The notes under the pieces: model-generated
The model's database searches: none
What the model was told of the DNA's origin: nothing
The model's input: only the letters and a program-made list of their open reading frames with translations
Made by a program: the position numbers and the translations under genes
Assembly: GCA_964645915.1 (NCBI GenBank)
Contig: CAZYDH010000002.1
Coordinates: forward strand, 19,465 to 83,464
DNA: 64,000 bases
Source of the DNA: an uncultured bacterium
GTDB taxonomy: Bacteria; Fidelibacterota; Marinisomatia; Marinisomatales; JACNKV01
Reading direction: 5' to 3'
Part shown: in pieces, positions 9,929 to 20,046 of the stretch
Position numbering within the stretch: the stretch's first letter is position 1
How the letters are laid out: each line of letters opens with the position of its first letter

Positions 9929-11476
9929 ATGGTAGCAAATATACTAAGCTGGATTGTATGGCTTCCCATTGTGGGTTTGACCGCAATTCTGTTTATACCT
10001 AGAGAAAAGAAAGATGTAATTAAAATTATTGCCGCAATCGCAACGGGACTGCAATTATGGATGGCTGTAATGCTGTGGCTTAATTTTGATTCTGGGTCTG
10101 GAACCTTCCAGTTCACGGAGCGTCTTAGCTGGATCCCTTCATTTAATATCTCCTACGCACTTGGTGTAGATGGACTAAGCCTTCCAATGGTAATTCTGAC
10201 AGCGTTATTATCCTTTATTGCTATCTTTGTCAGCTGGAATACCGAGAAAGCAACAAAAGGTTATTTTGCATTGTTTTTATTGTTAGACACAGGAATGATG
10301 GGTGTTTTTGTATCATTGGACTTTTTCCTTTTTTATGTCTTTTGGGAAGTCATGTTATTACCAATGTATTTCTTAATCGGGATGTGGGGTGGCCCCCAAA
10401 AAGAATACGCTGCTATTAAATTCTTTTTATATACATTAGTGGGATCAGTCACGATGTTGATTGCTATTTTGGCATTATACTTCACTTGCGGAAATACATT
10501 TGATATGATCTTGCTTATGGAAAGAGCACCTCAAGCTTTAGATGGCGTCTTCTGGTGGGGGATGGCGGCGATCAAAATCATTTGGGTTTTACTCTTTATT
10601 GGATTTGCGATCAAAGTTCCTGTTTTCCCATTCCATACTTGGCTTCCATTAGCACACGTTGAAGCTCCAACAGCTATTTCAGTTATTCTTGCCGGTGTCT
10701 TATTAAAACTGGGGCTCTACGGAATGTTACGAGTTAACTATACTATGCTTCCGGATGCTGTGTTTTGGTTTGCAGGATCTTTAGCAATCTTAGGTTTAAT
10801 CAATGTAATCTGGGGTGCGTTGTGCGCAATGGCTCAAAAGGACCTGAAAAAACTTGTGGCGTATTCTAGTATTAATCATATGGGATACGCTTTAATAGGG
10901 ATGGCAGCGGTTATTGCTGCGTCCGGTGCAAATGGTCAAGATTATACAGCTGCTCAAGCGGGATTAAGTGGGGCTGTTTTTCAGATGTTTAACCATGGAA
11001 CAATTTCTGCAATGCTCTTTATCCTTGTGGGAGTTATATATGAGAGAACACACCATCGTGATATTGATGGGTTTGGCGGTTTAGCAAAACAGATGCCCAT
11101 TTATGCCGGGATATCAATGGTTGCCTTTTTTGGTGGTCTTGGACTCCCGGGACTTTCCGGATTTGTGAGTGAGTTTCTGTGTTTTATTGGTGCATTCCCA
11201 ATATTTAAGGTAGTGGTCATCATTTCTACAATTGGTATCTTGCTGAATGCAGCTTATTTCTTGTCTGCTTATAAACGGATATTTTTTGGTGAATTGAATA
11301 CAAAATACACAGATCTTCCGGAGATAAACGGACGCGAATTGTTTACAGTTATTCCTTTGGTAGTAATAACTTTGTTCTTCGGGATTTATCCAAAGCCTTT
11401 CTTAGATATTATTCGTGAAACGGTTACGGTGCTCATCGATCAAGTTGTGTTGATTGGTAATATAACTGGAATGTAA
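9929..11476 (+). CDS. nuoM: NADH-quinone oxidoreductase subunit M
   Basis: 515-aa antiporter-like subunit with FYVFWEVMLLPMYFLIG and HTWLPLAHVEAPTA motifs. Confidence 0.95.
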   Translation: MVANILSWIVWLPIVGLTAILFIPREKKDVIKIIAAIATGLQLWMAVMLWLNFDSGSGTFQFTERLSWIPSFNISYALGVDGLSLPMVILTALLSFIAIFVSWNTEKATKGYFALFLLLDTGMMGVFVSLDFFLFYVFWEVMLLPMYFLIGMWGGPQKEYAAIKFFLYTLVGSVTMLIAILALYFTCGNTFDMILLMERAPQALDGVFWWGMAAIKIIWVLLFIGFAIKVPVFPFHTWLPLAHVEAPTAISVILAGVLLKLGLYGMLRVNYTMLPDAVFWFAGSLAILGLINVIWGALCAMAQKDLKKLVAYSSINHMGYALIGMAAVIAASGANGQDYTAAQAGLSGAVFQMFNHGTISAMLFILVGVIYERTHHRDIDGFGGLAKQMPIYAGISMVAFFGGLGLPGLSGFVSEFLCFIGAFPIFKVVVIISTIGILLNAAYFLSAYKRIFFGELNTKYTDLPEINGRELFTVIPLVVITLFFGIYPKPFLDIIRETVTVLIDQVVLIGNITGM

Positions 11477-11478
11477 TA

Positions 11479-12969
11479 ATGAATAATCTCCAAAGTTTAT
11501 CCTATTTTATTCCTGAGTTTGTTCTCGTCGGAACGATTTTAATTGCTATTATTTATGATTTACTGACAAAGGATAAAGATTGTCAAACCGGATTGTTGGT
11601 TATCTTTGGATTAATACTTTCATTTGTTGGAATTTGGTTGATAAAAGACCAAGCTATGACCAGTTTATTTATGGGGACTTTGGCTTTAGATCCCTTTGCA
11701 ATCTTTTTTAAAGCGCTGGTTACGATTGCTACGATACTCATCCTATTTGTAAGCAAAGAAAATGATGAATTAAAGGGATATAAGCTGGGTGAATATTATG
11801 TCCTGATTGCGGCATTGACTTTAGGGTTATATTTGATGGTTTCTTCTATTGATTTAATTATGGTGTATTTATCAATAGAAGTTGTTTCCATTTCGTCCTT
11901 TATCTTAGCGGGATATTTAAAAAACAACCTTCGTTCAAATGAGTCTTCTCTGAAATATGTCATTTACGGTGCGTTTTCATCTGGACTAATGTTATTTGGA
12001 TTAAGTATCCTATTTGGTTTAACCGGTTCTACAAAGTTTGCAACAATCCAAACGGAGATCGTCAATCTTTCTGGAACAGCTGATTTTGCATTGATCGTTG
12101 CCATTGCATTGATCTTGGCTGGATTTGGATATAAGATTTCAGCCGTACCCTTTCATTTTTGGACACCGGACGTATATGAAGGAGCTCCTACACCGGTTAC
12201 AGCTTATTTATCTGTTGCACCCAAAGCAGCAGGTTTTGGATTGTTGATTCGATTTTTCCATTCGATTTTTACCGATGGAACCTTGCTTCTTCCTACTGAA
12301 CAGTTAGGCTCATCCGGATTGCCTTGGCCTCAATTGATCGCGGTAATCGCTGTGATTACAATGACGTTGGGAAATATCGTTGCCTTACAACAAACGAATG
12401 TAAAGAGAATGCTTGCATATTCGAGTATTGCTCATGCAGGATATATGTTGATGGCTTTACCCATGTTATCAGCTGAAGGTATTTACTCCATTCTTATATA
12501 TCTTGTGATGTATATGATAATGAATCTTGGTGCTTTCACAGTTGTTATTGTTGTAAGAAATCAAACCGGTGGAGAGCAATTATCAGATTATATCGGTTTA
12601 GGATGGAAAATGCCATTTGTTGGTGCGGTTATGACGATCTTTATGTTGTCATTAACAGGAATTCCTCCAACCGCAGGATTTATCGGAAAATTTTACCTCT
12701 TTGCTGCAGTCATTAAAGCCGGATCAACTTTTTATTGGTTAGTCGTCATTGGAGCTGTTAACAGCGTTATTTCATTGTATTATTATATGCGGATTATCAA
12801 AGCAATGTTTTTAAAAGGAGAACCTCAGTCTGAATTAATTTCACCTGGAAGACTTCTCGCAGTTCTCCTTGGCCTGTTAGCAACGGCTATCATACTTTTT
12901 GGTGTCTATTGGTCACCAATTGCAGATTGGGTACGAAACTCCATGATGTTTTTTACTCAAATTCAATAA
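11479..12969 (+). CDS. nuoN: NADH-quinone oxidoreductase subunit N
   Basis: 496-aa antiporter-like subunit with FHFWTPDVYEGAPTPVTAYLS and KRMLAYSSIAHAGYM motifs. Last gene of the nuo array. Confidence 0.95.
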   Translation: MNNLQSLSYFIPEFVLVGTILIAIIYDLLTKDKDCQTGLLVIFGLILSFVGIWLIKDQAMTSLFMGTLALDPFAIFFKALVTIATILILFVSKENDELKGYKLGEYYVLIAALTLGLYLMVSSIDLIMVYLSIEVVSISSFILAGYLKNNLRSNESSLKYVIYGAFSSGLMLFGLSILFGLTGSTKFATIQTEIVNLSGTADFALIVAIALILAGFGYKISAVPFHFWTPDVYEGAPTPVTAYLSVAPKAAGFGLLIRFFHSIFTDGTLLLPTEQLGSSGLPWPQLIAVIAVITMTLGNIVALQQTNVKRMLAYSSIAHAGYMLMALPMLSAEGIYSILIYLVMYMIMNLGAFTVVIVVRNQTGGEQLSDYIGLGWKMPFVGAVMTIFMLSLTGIPPTAGFIGKFYLFAAVIKAGSTFYWLVVIGAVNSVISLYYYMRIIKAMFLKGEPQSELISPGRLLAVLLGLLATAIILFGVYWSPIADWVRNSMMFFTQIQ

Positions 12970-12988
12970 CCAATTAACTTAAAAAGAC

Positions 12989-14332
12989 ATGTCTAATATT
13001 AAAATAAAAAAAGGGCATGATATTCGAATTGCAGGTATTCCTTCTAAGGAAATCAAACCCTGTGATCCTCCATTATCAGTTGCCCTCATACCTATTGAAT
13101 TCCCATCCGTTAAACCGAAACTTCTTGTAAAGGAAGGAGATTCCGTTAAAATCGGTTCTCCTGTTTTCTTTGATAAAAGCAGACCCGAAACAAAATTTGC
13201 CTCACCGGGTTGTGGGATTATAGCAAAGATTCAATATGGCGCAAGACGTGCTATTGAGCGGATTATCATTGAGCTGGATAAAAATGAAACTGCAGAAAAA
13301 ACGGAAGTCTTTCATGAAGAATCATTGATCTCCCTAGGAAAAGAAAAAGTCATTAAAACGCTTTTGAATGCAAATCTTTGGCCAATGATCCGCCAAAGAC
13401 CCTATAATCAAATTGCGAATCCATCTGATGTCCCAAAATCGATCTTTGTTTCCGGATTAAACACAAATCCTCTCGGCGTCGATTTGGATCTTGCTTTAGC
13501 CGGTCAGGAGAAAGCATTCCAAGCAGGATTAGATATTTTGACAAACCTGACTCAAGGGAAAACGCATCTTACCGTTAAGAAATCCTCTCCTTTGCAACCA
13601 ATGAAAAATGTCGAGGTTCATACAATAAGCGGACCACATCCTGCAGGGAATGTTGGTATTCAAATTCATCATGTAGATCCCATTAATCCTCATGAAGTGG
13701 TTTGGACTGTAAATGCACAACACGTTGCAATAATCGGAAAGTTATTCTTAACCGGTCAATATGATCCAAGCATCGTCGTTAGCGTTGGTGGACCCATGGT
13801 TGAATCTCCTGCTTATGTTTCAACTCGTATAGGAGTTCCATTTTCTCTCTTGCTGGAAAACCGACTTCAATCCGGTAAAAACAGAATTATACATGGGGAT
13901 GTATTAACGGGATTGAAAGCCAATAAGTATTATTGTCTTGGATTTTATGAAACGACGGTTTCAGCTATCTCGGTTAGTCATGAACGACCGGTCTTAGGAT
14001 GGATACGTCCGGGTTCGAATAAAACCTCATATAGTGTTTCCAGTACGTTTTTATCTTTTGGAAAACGCTTATTCAATTTTACAACATTACAAAATGGAGC
14101 TGAACGAGGAATGGTTCCGTTTGACAGTTGGGAGAATATGCTTCCGATGGACATTTTACCTAATCCATTATATCGTAGTATTTTAGCCAAAGATGTTGAA
14201 GAAATGGAAAAACTTGGTATCTATGAATGTGATCCTGAAGACTTTGCGCTTTGTTCCTTTGCTTGTCCCAGTAAAATTGATGTTGGGGGTGCGATCAAAG
14301 AAGGACTGGACTTAATGCGGAAGGAAGGATAG
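12989..14332 (+). CDS. nqrA: Na(+)-translocating NADH-quinone reductase subunit A
   Basis: 447 aa. It has the N-terminal IKKGHDIRIAGIP pattern and a C-terminal Cys-containing region typical of NqrA. It begins 19 nt after the nuoN stop. Confidence 0.93.
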   Translation: MSNIKIKKGHDIRIAGIPSKEIKPCDPPLSVALIPIEFPSVKPKLLVKEGDSVKIGSPVFFDKSRPETKFASPGCGIIAKIQYGARRAIERIIIELDKNETAEKTEVFHEESLISLGKEKVIKTLLNANLWPMIRQRPYNQIANPSDVPKSIFVSGLNTNPLGVDLDLALAGQEKAFQAGLDILTNLTQGKTHLTVKKSSPLQPMKNVEVHTISGPHPAGNVGIQIHHVDPINPHEVVWTVNAQHVAIIGKLFLTGQYDPSIVVSVGGPMVESPAYVSTRIGVPFSLLLENRLQSGKNRIIHGDVLTGLKANKYYCLGFYETTVSAISVSHERPVLGWIRPGSNKTSYSVSSTFLSFGKRLFNFTTLQNGAERGMVPFDSWENMLPMDILPNPLYRSILAKDVEEMEKLGIYECDPEDFALCSFACPSKIDVGGAIKEGLDLMRKEG

Positions 14333-14336
14333 ACAA

Positions 14337-15488
14337 ATGAAATTCTTAGAAAAGTTTTTTAAAAAAGGTGGAAAGCTCGAATACTTCTATCCGATATTTG
14401 AAATGGTGGACACCATATTTTTTGCAACAAATAAGCAAACAAAATCCGGTCCTCATATTCGAGATAGTATTGATCTGAAACGAGCTATGACAATGGTGAT
14501 CATTGCATTGATACCGGCTGTGGTATTTGGGATGATCAATACAGGATATCAACAAGCAATCGCTTTGGGAATTGAACGATCATGGCTTGATAATCTAATT
14601 GTCGGGATGGGTTATTTTGTTCCGATATTGATAGTTTCATATCTTTCAGGAGGTTTTTGGGAAATCCTGTTTGCTTTGATCCGTAAACATGAAGTGGATG
14701 AAGGATTCTTTGTAACAGGATTGCTAATCCCGCTAATTGTCCCTGCAACGATTCCTTTATGGCAAGTTGCTGTTGCAACGTCATTCGGAGTGATCCTTGG
14801 TAAAATGATTTTCGGTGGGACGGGAATGAATATATTCAATCCTGCATTAACTGCACGTGCCTTTCTGTTCTTTTCATATCCTGGGAATATTTCCGGTGAT
14901 CTTGTTTGGGTAGCTGCGGATGGATTTTCAGGAGCAACGGCACTTTCAGTATCTGCTTCACAAGAAGGTGCGAATGCTGTTTCATTACTGTCTCAAACGA
15001 CACAATTTGATTATTCTTGGTGGAACTTGTTCATAGGGTGGGTCCCCGGATCTATTGGAGAGACCAGCGCATTAATGATATTGTTTGGTGCGTTTTTCTT
15101 AATTCTGACCAAAATTGGTTCTTGGCGTATTATAGTTGGTTCAGTGCTTGGATTAGTTTTTACAAGTATGATCACCAATTTATTTTCCGGTTATTCCACA
15201 AATACAATGTTGAGTCTTACTCCACATTATCATTTGGTTATGGGCGGATTTCTATTTGGAACGGTCTTTATGGCAACCGACCCCGTAACTGGAGCATATA
15301 CTAACCGTGGTCGATGGATTTACGGTTTTATGATTGGATTCTTAACGGTTGTCATTCGATCAATAAATCCAGCGTATCCCGAAGGAACGATGTTAGCTAT
15401 TTTATTGATGAATGCCTTTTCACCGTTAATCGATTATTTTGTTGTTCAAGGAAATATCAAAAGGAGGGTTGCCCGTTATGCGAAGTAA
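14337..15488 (+). CDS. nqrB: Na(+)-NQR subunit B
   Basis: Polytopic membrane protein with the DGFSGATAL flavinylation (SGAT) motif and the FMATDPVT motif. Confidence 0.95.
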   Translation: MKFLEKFFKKGGKLEYFYPIFEMVDTIFFATNKQTKSGPHIRDSIDLKRAMTMVIIALIPAVVFGMINTGYQQAIALGIERSWLDNLIVGMGYFVPILIVSYLSGGFWEILFALIRKHEVDEGFFVTGLLIPLIVPATIPLWQVAVATSFGVILGKMIFGGTGMNIFNPALTARAFLFFSYPGNISGDLVWVAADGFSGATALSVSASQEGANAVSLLSQTTQFDYSWWNLFIGWVPGSIGETSALMILFGAFFLILTKIGSWRIIVGSVLGLVFTSMITNLFSGYSTNTMLSLTPHYHLVMGGFLFGTVFMATDPVTGAYTNRGRWIYGFMIGFLTVVIRSINPAYPEGTMLAILLMNAFSPLIDYFVVQGNIKRRVARYAK

Positions 15489-16158
15489 CCTTTATGTGAT
15501 ATCGTTTATGTCATCTATTACCATCGTTCTTGGTTTATTGCTATCCATTGCAGCGACATCCTTAGCAGATCGTCAAGAAATGAATGTGCAGATCGACATG
15601 AAGAAAAATATTTTGAGTTCACTTAATATCCCTGAAGATTCTTCAATGCAATTGACAGGCGAAGAAATTCAATCTTTGTTTAGTGAACGGATCGAAAAAA
15701 TCACCATTAATGAAAAAGGTGAAATTATTACAGATGGACCCTTTTCAGTTTTTGTCAAAAAGTCACCTGAAGGTGTTGGTGGGTATGCCATTCCAATTAG
15801 TGGAAAAGGACTTTGGTCCACTGTATATGGTTATCTTGCCATTGAACCGGACGGGGAAACTGTAAAAGGAATTACATTCTACAAACACGGCGAAACTCCC
15901 GGGCTTGGTGGCGAGATTGACAAAGATTGGTTTACATCCAATTACACAGGGAAAAAAATCGTTAATGCAGAAGGAGTTCCGGTTCCATTGGAAATAATAA
16001 AAGGAGCTGTATTGCCAACAGATCCGGAAGGCTATCATCGTGTAGATGGAATCTCCGGTGCAACCTTAACATGTAATGGACTCAACCAGTTTATCGCAAA
16101 GGATTTAGCTGTTTATGATCCGTTCTTCAGTAAGATCAGACAGGGAGTAAGTGAATAA
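15478..16158 (+). CDS. nqrC: Na(+)-NQR subunit C
   Basis: Single N-terminal TM segment and the [12 protein letters not shown]-attachment motif. I chose the ATG at 15478, preceded by AAGGAGGG. The ORF-track start at 15439 is an upstream in-frame ATG inside nqrB. Confidence 0.93.
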   Translation: MRSNLYVISFMSSITIVLGLLLSIAATSLADRQEMNVQIDMKKNILSSLNIPEDSSMQLTGEEIQSLFSERIEKITINEKGEIITDGPFSVFVKKSPEGVGGYAIPISGKGLWSTVYGYLAIEPDGETVKGITFYKHGETPGLGGEIDKDWFTSNYTGKKIVNAEGVPVPLEIIKGAVLPTDPEGYHRVDGISGATLTCNGLNQFIAKDLAVYDPFFSKIRQGVSE

Positions 16159-16784
16159 TGAGTATACTAAGTAAAAAATCACAACAAGCTCTAGTCGATC
16201 CTTTGGTTCATAATAATCCGATCGCTTCACAAATATTAGGGATTTGTTCTGCTCTTGCTGTTACGGTAAAAATGGATACAGCAATTGTAATGACTCTTGC
16301 TGTAATATTTGTATTATCATTTTCAAATACGGTGATCTCATTATTACGATCTTTCATCCCCAATCGGGTAAGAATTATTGTAATGCTAACAGTGATTGCA
16401 TCTCTGGTTATTGTTACGGATCAGGTTTTAAGAGCATTCATGTATGATATCAGCAAACAACTTTCTGTGTTTGTGGGTTTGATCATAACCAATTGTATTG
16501 TAATGGGACGGGCAGAAGCTTTTGCCATGCAAAATAAACCTGGGAAAGCATTCTTAGATGGTCTGGGTAATGCATTGGGTTATGGACTCATTCTTATCTT
16601 TGTATCATTTTTCAGAGAACTATTGGGGAGTGGAACTCTCCTCGGATTTCAAATCATTCCACAATCATTTTATGATATTGGTTATATCAATGTTGGATTG
16701 ATGGTCCTTTCTCCAGGAGCGTTTATTATCCTTGGATTGATCATCTGGGTTCAACGCTCTATTACAAAATTTGAGGAGGCCTAA
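16158..16784 (+). CDS. nqrD: Na(+)-NQR subunit D
   Basis: 208-aa membrane protein. TAATG overlap with nqrC. The [10 protein letters not shown] and [14 protein letters not shown] motifs are shared with the NqrD/RnfE family. Confidence 0.94.
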   Translation: MSILSKKSQQALVDPLVHNNPIASQILGICSALAVTVKMDTAIVMTLAVIFVLSFSNTVISLLRSFIPNRVRIIVMLTVIASLVIVTDQVLRAFMYDISKQLSVFVGLIITNCIVMGRAEAFAMQNKPGKAFLDGLGNALGYGLILIFVSFFRELLGSGTLLGFQIIPQSFYDIGYINVGLMVLSPGAFIILGLIIWVQRSITKFEEA

Positions 16785-16785
16785 G

Positions 16786-17397
16786 ATGTTTGAACATTAT
16801 TTATCTCTAGCGGTTAAATCAATTTTTGTCGAAAATATTCTCCTTGCATATTTTCTTGGGATGTGTTCATTTCTTGCGATCTCAAAAAAAGTGGAAACAT
16901 CCATTGGCTTGGGGATTGCAGTTGTATTCGTCTTAACGATCACGGCACCAGTCAACTGGGCTTTGCATCATTTCTTCTTAGAAAAAGGAGCCCTCTCTTG
17001 GCTTGGAATGCCAAACAGTGATTTGAGTTATCTCAATTTCATTGCCTTTATTGCTGTGATCGCAGCGATGGTTCAATTAGTTGAGATGACCTTGGATCGA
17101 TTTTTACCGGTGCTTTATCAGGCATTGGGGATCTTCCTTCCGTTAATTGCTGTTAACTGCGCTATTTTAGGTGGATCACTTTTATTGGTGGAACGTCAAT
17201 ATACTTTCGGTGAATCAATGGTGTTTGGATTCGGATCTGGAATAGGCTTTTTCTTAGCAATTGCCTCAATGGCTGCTATCCGACACAAATTGAGATATTC
17301 AAATGTCCCACCCGGATTGAAAGGATTGGGAATCACAATGTTGTTAACGGGTTTGTTGTCGATGGCATTTATGGCCTTTTCGGGCATCAGTTTATAA
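16786..17397 (+). CDS. nqrE: Na(+)-NQR subunit E
   Basis: Membrane protein with [12 protein letters not shown] and [10 protein letters not shown] motifs (NqrE/RnfA family). I chose the ATG at 16786, preceded by GGAGG. Confidence 0.94.
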   Translation: MFEHYLSLAVKSIFVENILLAYFLGMCSFLAISKKVETSIGLGIAVVFVLTITAPVNWALHHFFLEKGALSWLGMPNSDLSYLNFIAFIAVIAAMVQLVEMTLDRFLPVLYQALGIFLPLIAVNCAILGGSLLLVERQYTFGESMVFGFGSGIGFFLAIASMAAIRHKLRYSNVPPGLKGLGITMLLTGLLSMAFMAFSGISL

Positions 17398-17410
17398 GGA
17401 GGCGGATACA

Positions 17411-18631
17411 ATGATTACAGCATTAACAGGTGTGATATTCTTTACAGCATTGATCTTGATCCTTGTTCTCCTTTTGAACTTTGCAGAAAGCAAATTGTTA
17501 CCCAAAGGAGATATGAACATTGAAATCAATGAAGATTCTGAAAAAACATTAAAAGTACGTCCGGGTGGAACGCTGCTCCAAAGTCTCGCTGCAAATGAGA
17601 TCTTTATTCCTTCAGCTTGTGGAGGAGGAGGAACCTGCGCCATGTGTACTTGTCAGGTAATTGAAGGTGGTGGAGATATCCTACCCACAGAAACCGGGCA
17701 CATAAGCAGAGTAAAAGCAAAGGACAATTGGAGACTAGCCTGCCAAGTAAAAATAAAGAATGATATAAAAATAAAAATTCCTGATGAAATATTTAATATT
17801 CAAAAATGGGAATGCACAGTTAGATCCAATGCGAACGTTGCAACATTTATTAAAGAATTAATATTAGAACTTCCAGAGGGAGAAATACTGGATTTTCGTG
17901 CAGGTGGATATATACAAATCGATATTCCTGAATATGAATTGGATTATAGTGAATTTGATGTTGAAGAAGAATACCGTCCAGATTGGGATAAATTCAATCT
18001 ATGGCAATATCATGCTGTAAATGATGAGTCGGTTTTCAGAGCTTACTCAATGGCAAACCATCCGGCTGAAGGGAATATTGTGATGCTGAATGTGCGAATT
18101 GCATCTCCTCCTCCAAACGTTCCCGATGCGCCTCCCGGCATTGCTTCGTCGTTCATTTTTAATTTGAAGCCAGGAGATAAGGTAATGGTATCAGGTCCTT
18201 ATGGAGAATTTTTCCCAAAAGAGACCGACCGTGAAATGCTATACATCGGCGGTGGAGCAGGGATGGCTCCTATGCGCAGTCATATCTTTGATCTGTTAAA
18301 AACAAAAGGGACAAAACGAAAGATATCATTTTGGTATGGAGCGCGATCTCTAAGAGAAATGTTTTATGATGATGATTTCAAAACACTTGCCGAAGAATTT
18401 CCAAATTTCTCTTATAATGTTGGTTTATCGGAACCTCTTCCTGAAGATAACTGGGAAGGTCCCGTTGGTTTTATCCATCAAGTCGTACACGATCATTATT
18501 TAGAAAACCATGATGACCCGACTGAGATCGAATATTACATGTGCGGACCTCCTATGATGATCGATGCTGTTGATAAAATGCTTTACGATCTAGGTGTGGA
18601 TGCTGAAATGATCGATTACGACAAGTTCTGA
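17411..18631 (+). CDS. nqrF: Na(+)-NQR subunit F (2Fe-2S, FAD, NADH-binding)
   Basis: N-terminal TM segment, a plant-type ferredoxin motif [19 protein letters not shown] (FAD binding) and GGGAGMAPM (NAD binding). Confidence 0.95.
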   Translation: MITALTGVIFFTALILILVLLLNFAESKLLPKGDMNIEINEDSEKTLKVRPGGTLLQSLAANEIFIPSACGGGGTCAMCTCQVIEGGGDILPTETGHISRVKAKDNWRLACQVKIKNDIKIKIPDEIFNIQKWECTVRSNANVATFIKELILELPEGEILDFRAGGYIQIDIPEYELDYSEFDVEEEYRPDWDKFNLWQYHAVNDESVFRAYSMANHPAEGNIVMLNVRIASPPPNVPDAPPGIASSFIFNLKPGDKVMVSGPYGEFFPKETDREMLYIGGGAGMAPMRSHIFDLLKTKGTKRKISFWYGARSLREMFYDDDFKTLAEEFPNFSYNVGLSEPLPEDNWEGPVGFIHQVVHDHYLENHDDPTEIEYYMCGPPMMIDAVDKMLYDLGVDAEMIDYDKF

Positions 18632-18689
18632 TATCTTCTGAAAATATCAAAAGTTTAGGATCAAATTCATCTTGTCTGATTATTTCAAG

Positions 18690-19718
18690 ATGAGTTATGT
18701 ATTTATGATTAACCATCTGATCAAACACTATTTTCCATTTACGGTTTTAATCATATCTCTGTTCTCAGGATGTGAAAATCTTTCTCAAGAGACCACATTA
18801 TCTGGTCGAACCATGGGAACAACCTATTCAATTATCCTCATTTCAGATTCGCTGGTAGAGACTCAGAGGATTCAAAATGGGATTGATTCAGTATTAGTTG
18901 AGATAAACCGTCAGATGTCGACATATATTCCGGAAAGTGAAATATCTCATTTCAATCGGTGGGAAAGTATTGAGCCATTTCCTGTTTCTAAGGAATTCGC
19001 ATTTGTTGTTGAAAGAGCTTTAGATATCCATAAGATAACGGGAGGAGCGTTTGATATTACGGTAATGCCCATTGTGGACCTCTGGGGATTTTTTGGTATG
19101 CGGATGAAAAACTGGACACCACCAACCGATCAACAAATTACAAACATTTTAGAGAGAATTGGTTCCGATCAGCTGGAAGTTCATCAAAATCAACTTATTA
19201 AACGAAATCCAACACTGCAAATCGATGTAAATGCTATTGCCAAAGGATTTGGTGTAGATGTCGTTTATGACTATATCGTAAACCTTGGATATAAGAACTG
19301 TCTAGTGGAAATCGGTGGAGAGGTTCGATGTGGCGGTAGAAATAAAAATGGAGAAATATGGAAGATCGGGATTGATATTCCTTCATATAACGCAATACCG
19401 GGTAAACAATTAGCAGATATTATCGAGTTAGAAGATCAGGCGATGGCAACCTCCGGAGATTATCGAAATTTTATTGAATGGGAAGGAGAAATATTTTCCC
19501 ACGCAATAGATCCCAGAACGGGTTATCCCGTTAAAATGAATGTAGGTTCAGCAACGGTCTTTGCCCCTACATGTTTAGAAGCGGATGCTATAGCAACAGC
19601 CTTAATGGTTTTGGGTGAAGAAGAAGGGAATAAATTAATACGATCTTTACCAGAGGTAAGTTGTTTACTTATCCTGCGAGAGGATACAGAAAAGTACAAT
19701 ATTATAAAAGTAAATTAG
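18690..19718 (+). CDS. apbE: FAD:protein FMN transferase (flavin transferase ApbE), predicted lipoprotein
   Basis: Contains TSGDYRNF, HAIDPRTG and EADAIATAL motifs. A lipobox-like LFSGC follows a hydrophobic leader. The start is uncertain: the ORF track uses TTG at 18672 and I chose the first ATG at 18690. Confidence 0.9.
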   Translation: MSYVFMINHLIKHYFPFTVLIISLFSGCENLSQETTLSGRTMGTTYSIILISDSLVETQRIQNGIDSVLVEINRQMSTYIPESEISHFNRWESIEPFPVSKEFAFVVERALDIHKITGGAFDITVMPIVDLWGFFGMRMKNWTPPTDQQITNILERIGSDQLEVHQNQLIKRNPTLQIDVNAIAKGFGVDVVYDYIVNLGYKNCLVEIGGEVRCGGRNKNGEIWKIGIDIPSYNAIPGKQLADIIELEDQAMATSGDYRNFIEWEGEIFSHAIDPRTGYPVKMNVGSATVFAPTCLEADAIATALMVLGEEEGNKLIRSLPEVSCLLILREDTEKYNIIKVN

Positions 19719-19924
19719 AACTTACTCGAACGATCGTTCTTACAATTTTCTTTTTCATCATGACTGCATGCACAGGAATCCGGCTGGTTATTACAGGAAC
19801 CACGTAATGATTTATTCCCGAATATGATTCCAATCGACATCCCGAGAATAGCAATACCGAGTACAGCAATACCTAAAAGAATTTTCATAATAAAAATTAA
19901 AGATTTTGAGAAATATACATCCAT
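19715..19924 (-). CDS. nqrM: (Na+)-NQR maturation factor NqrM (DUF539-like)
   Basis: 69 aa with one TM helix, followed by KSLRGSC and three further Cys (SCACSHDEKENC). That is four Cys in total, as described for NqrM. It sits next to apbE. The start may instead be the internal ATG at 19888 (MKILLG). Confidence 0.7.
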   Translation of the reverse strand: MDVYFSKSLIFIMKILLGIAVLGIAILGMSIGIIFGNKSLRGSCNNQPDSCACSHDEKENCKNDRSSKF

Positions 19925-20046
19925 TTAATTTTAATTGATTATAATTTGATTCATTATCAGGCACATTTTACAAGGATAAATATTTTCATAATTATTTGAA
20001 TAGAAAGCAGTAAATTTTGTGTCTAAAATATGGTAAGATAACACAA

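Noticed and set aside
19925-20046. Possible cobalamin riboswitch upstream of the permease-pduO pair
   Set aside because: The region is extremely AT-rich, and I could find no GC-rich B12-box-like core or extended pairing. An Rfam scan would be needed to be certain.
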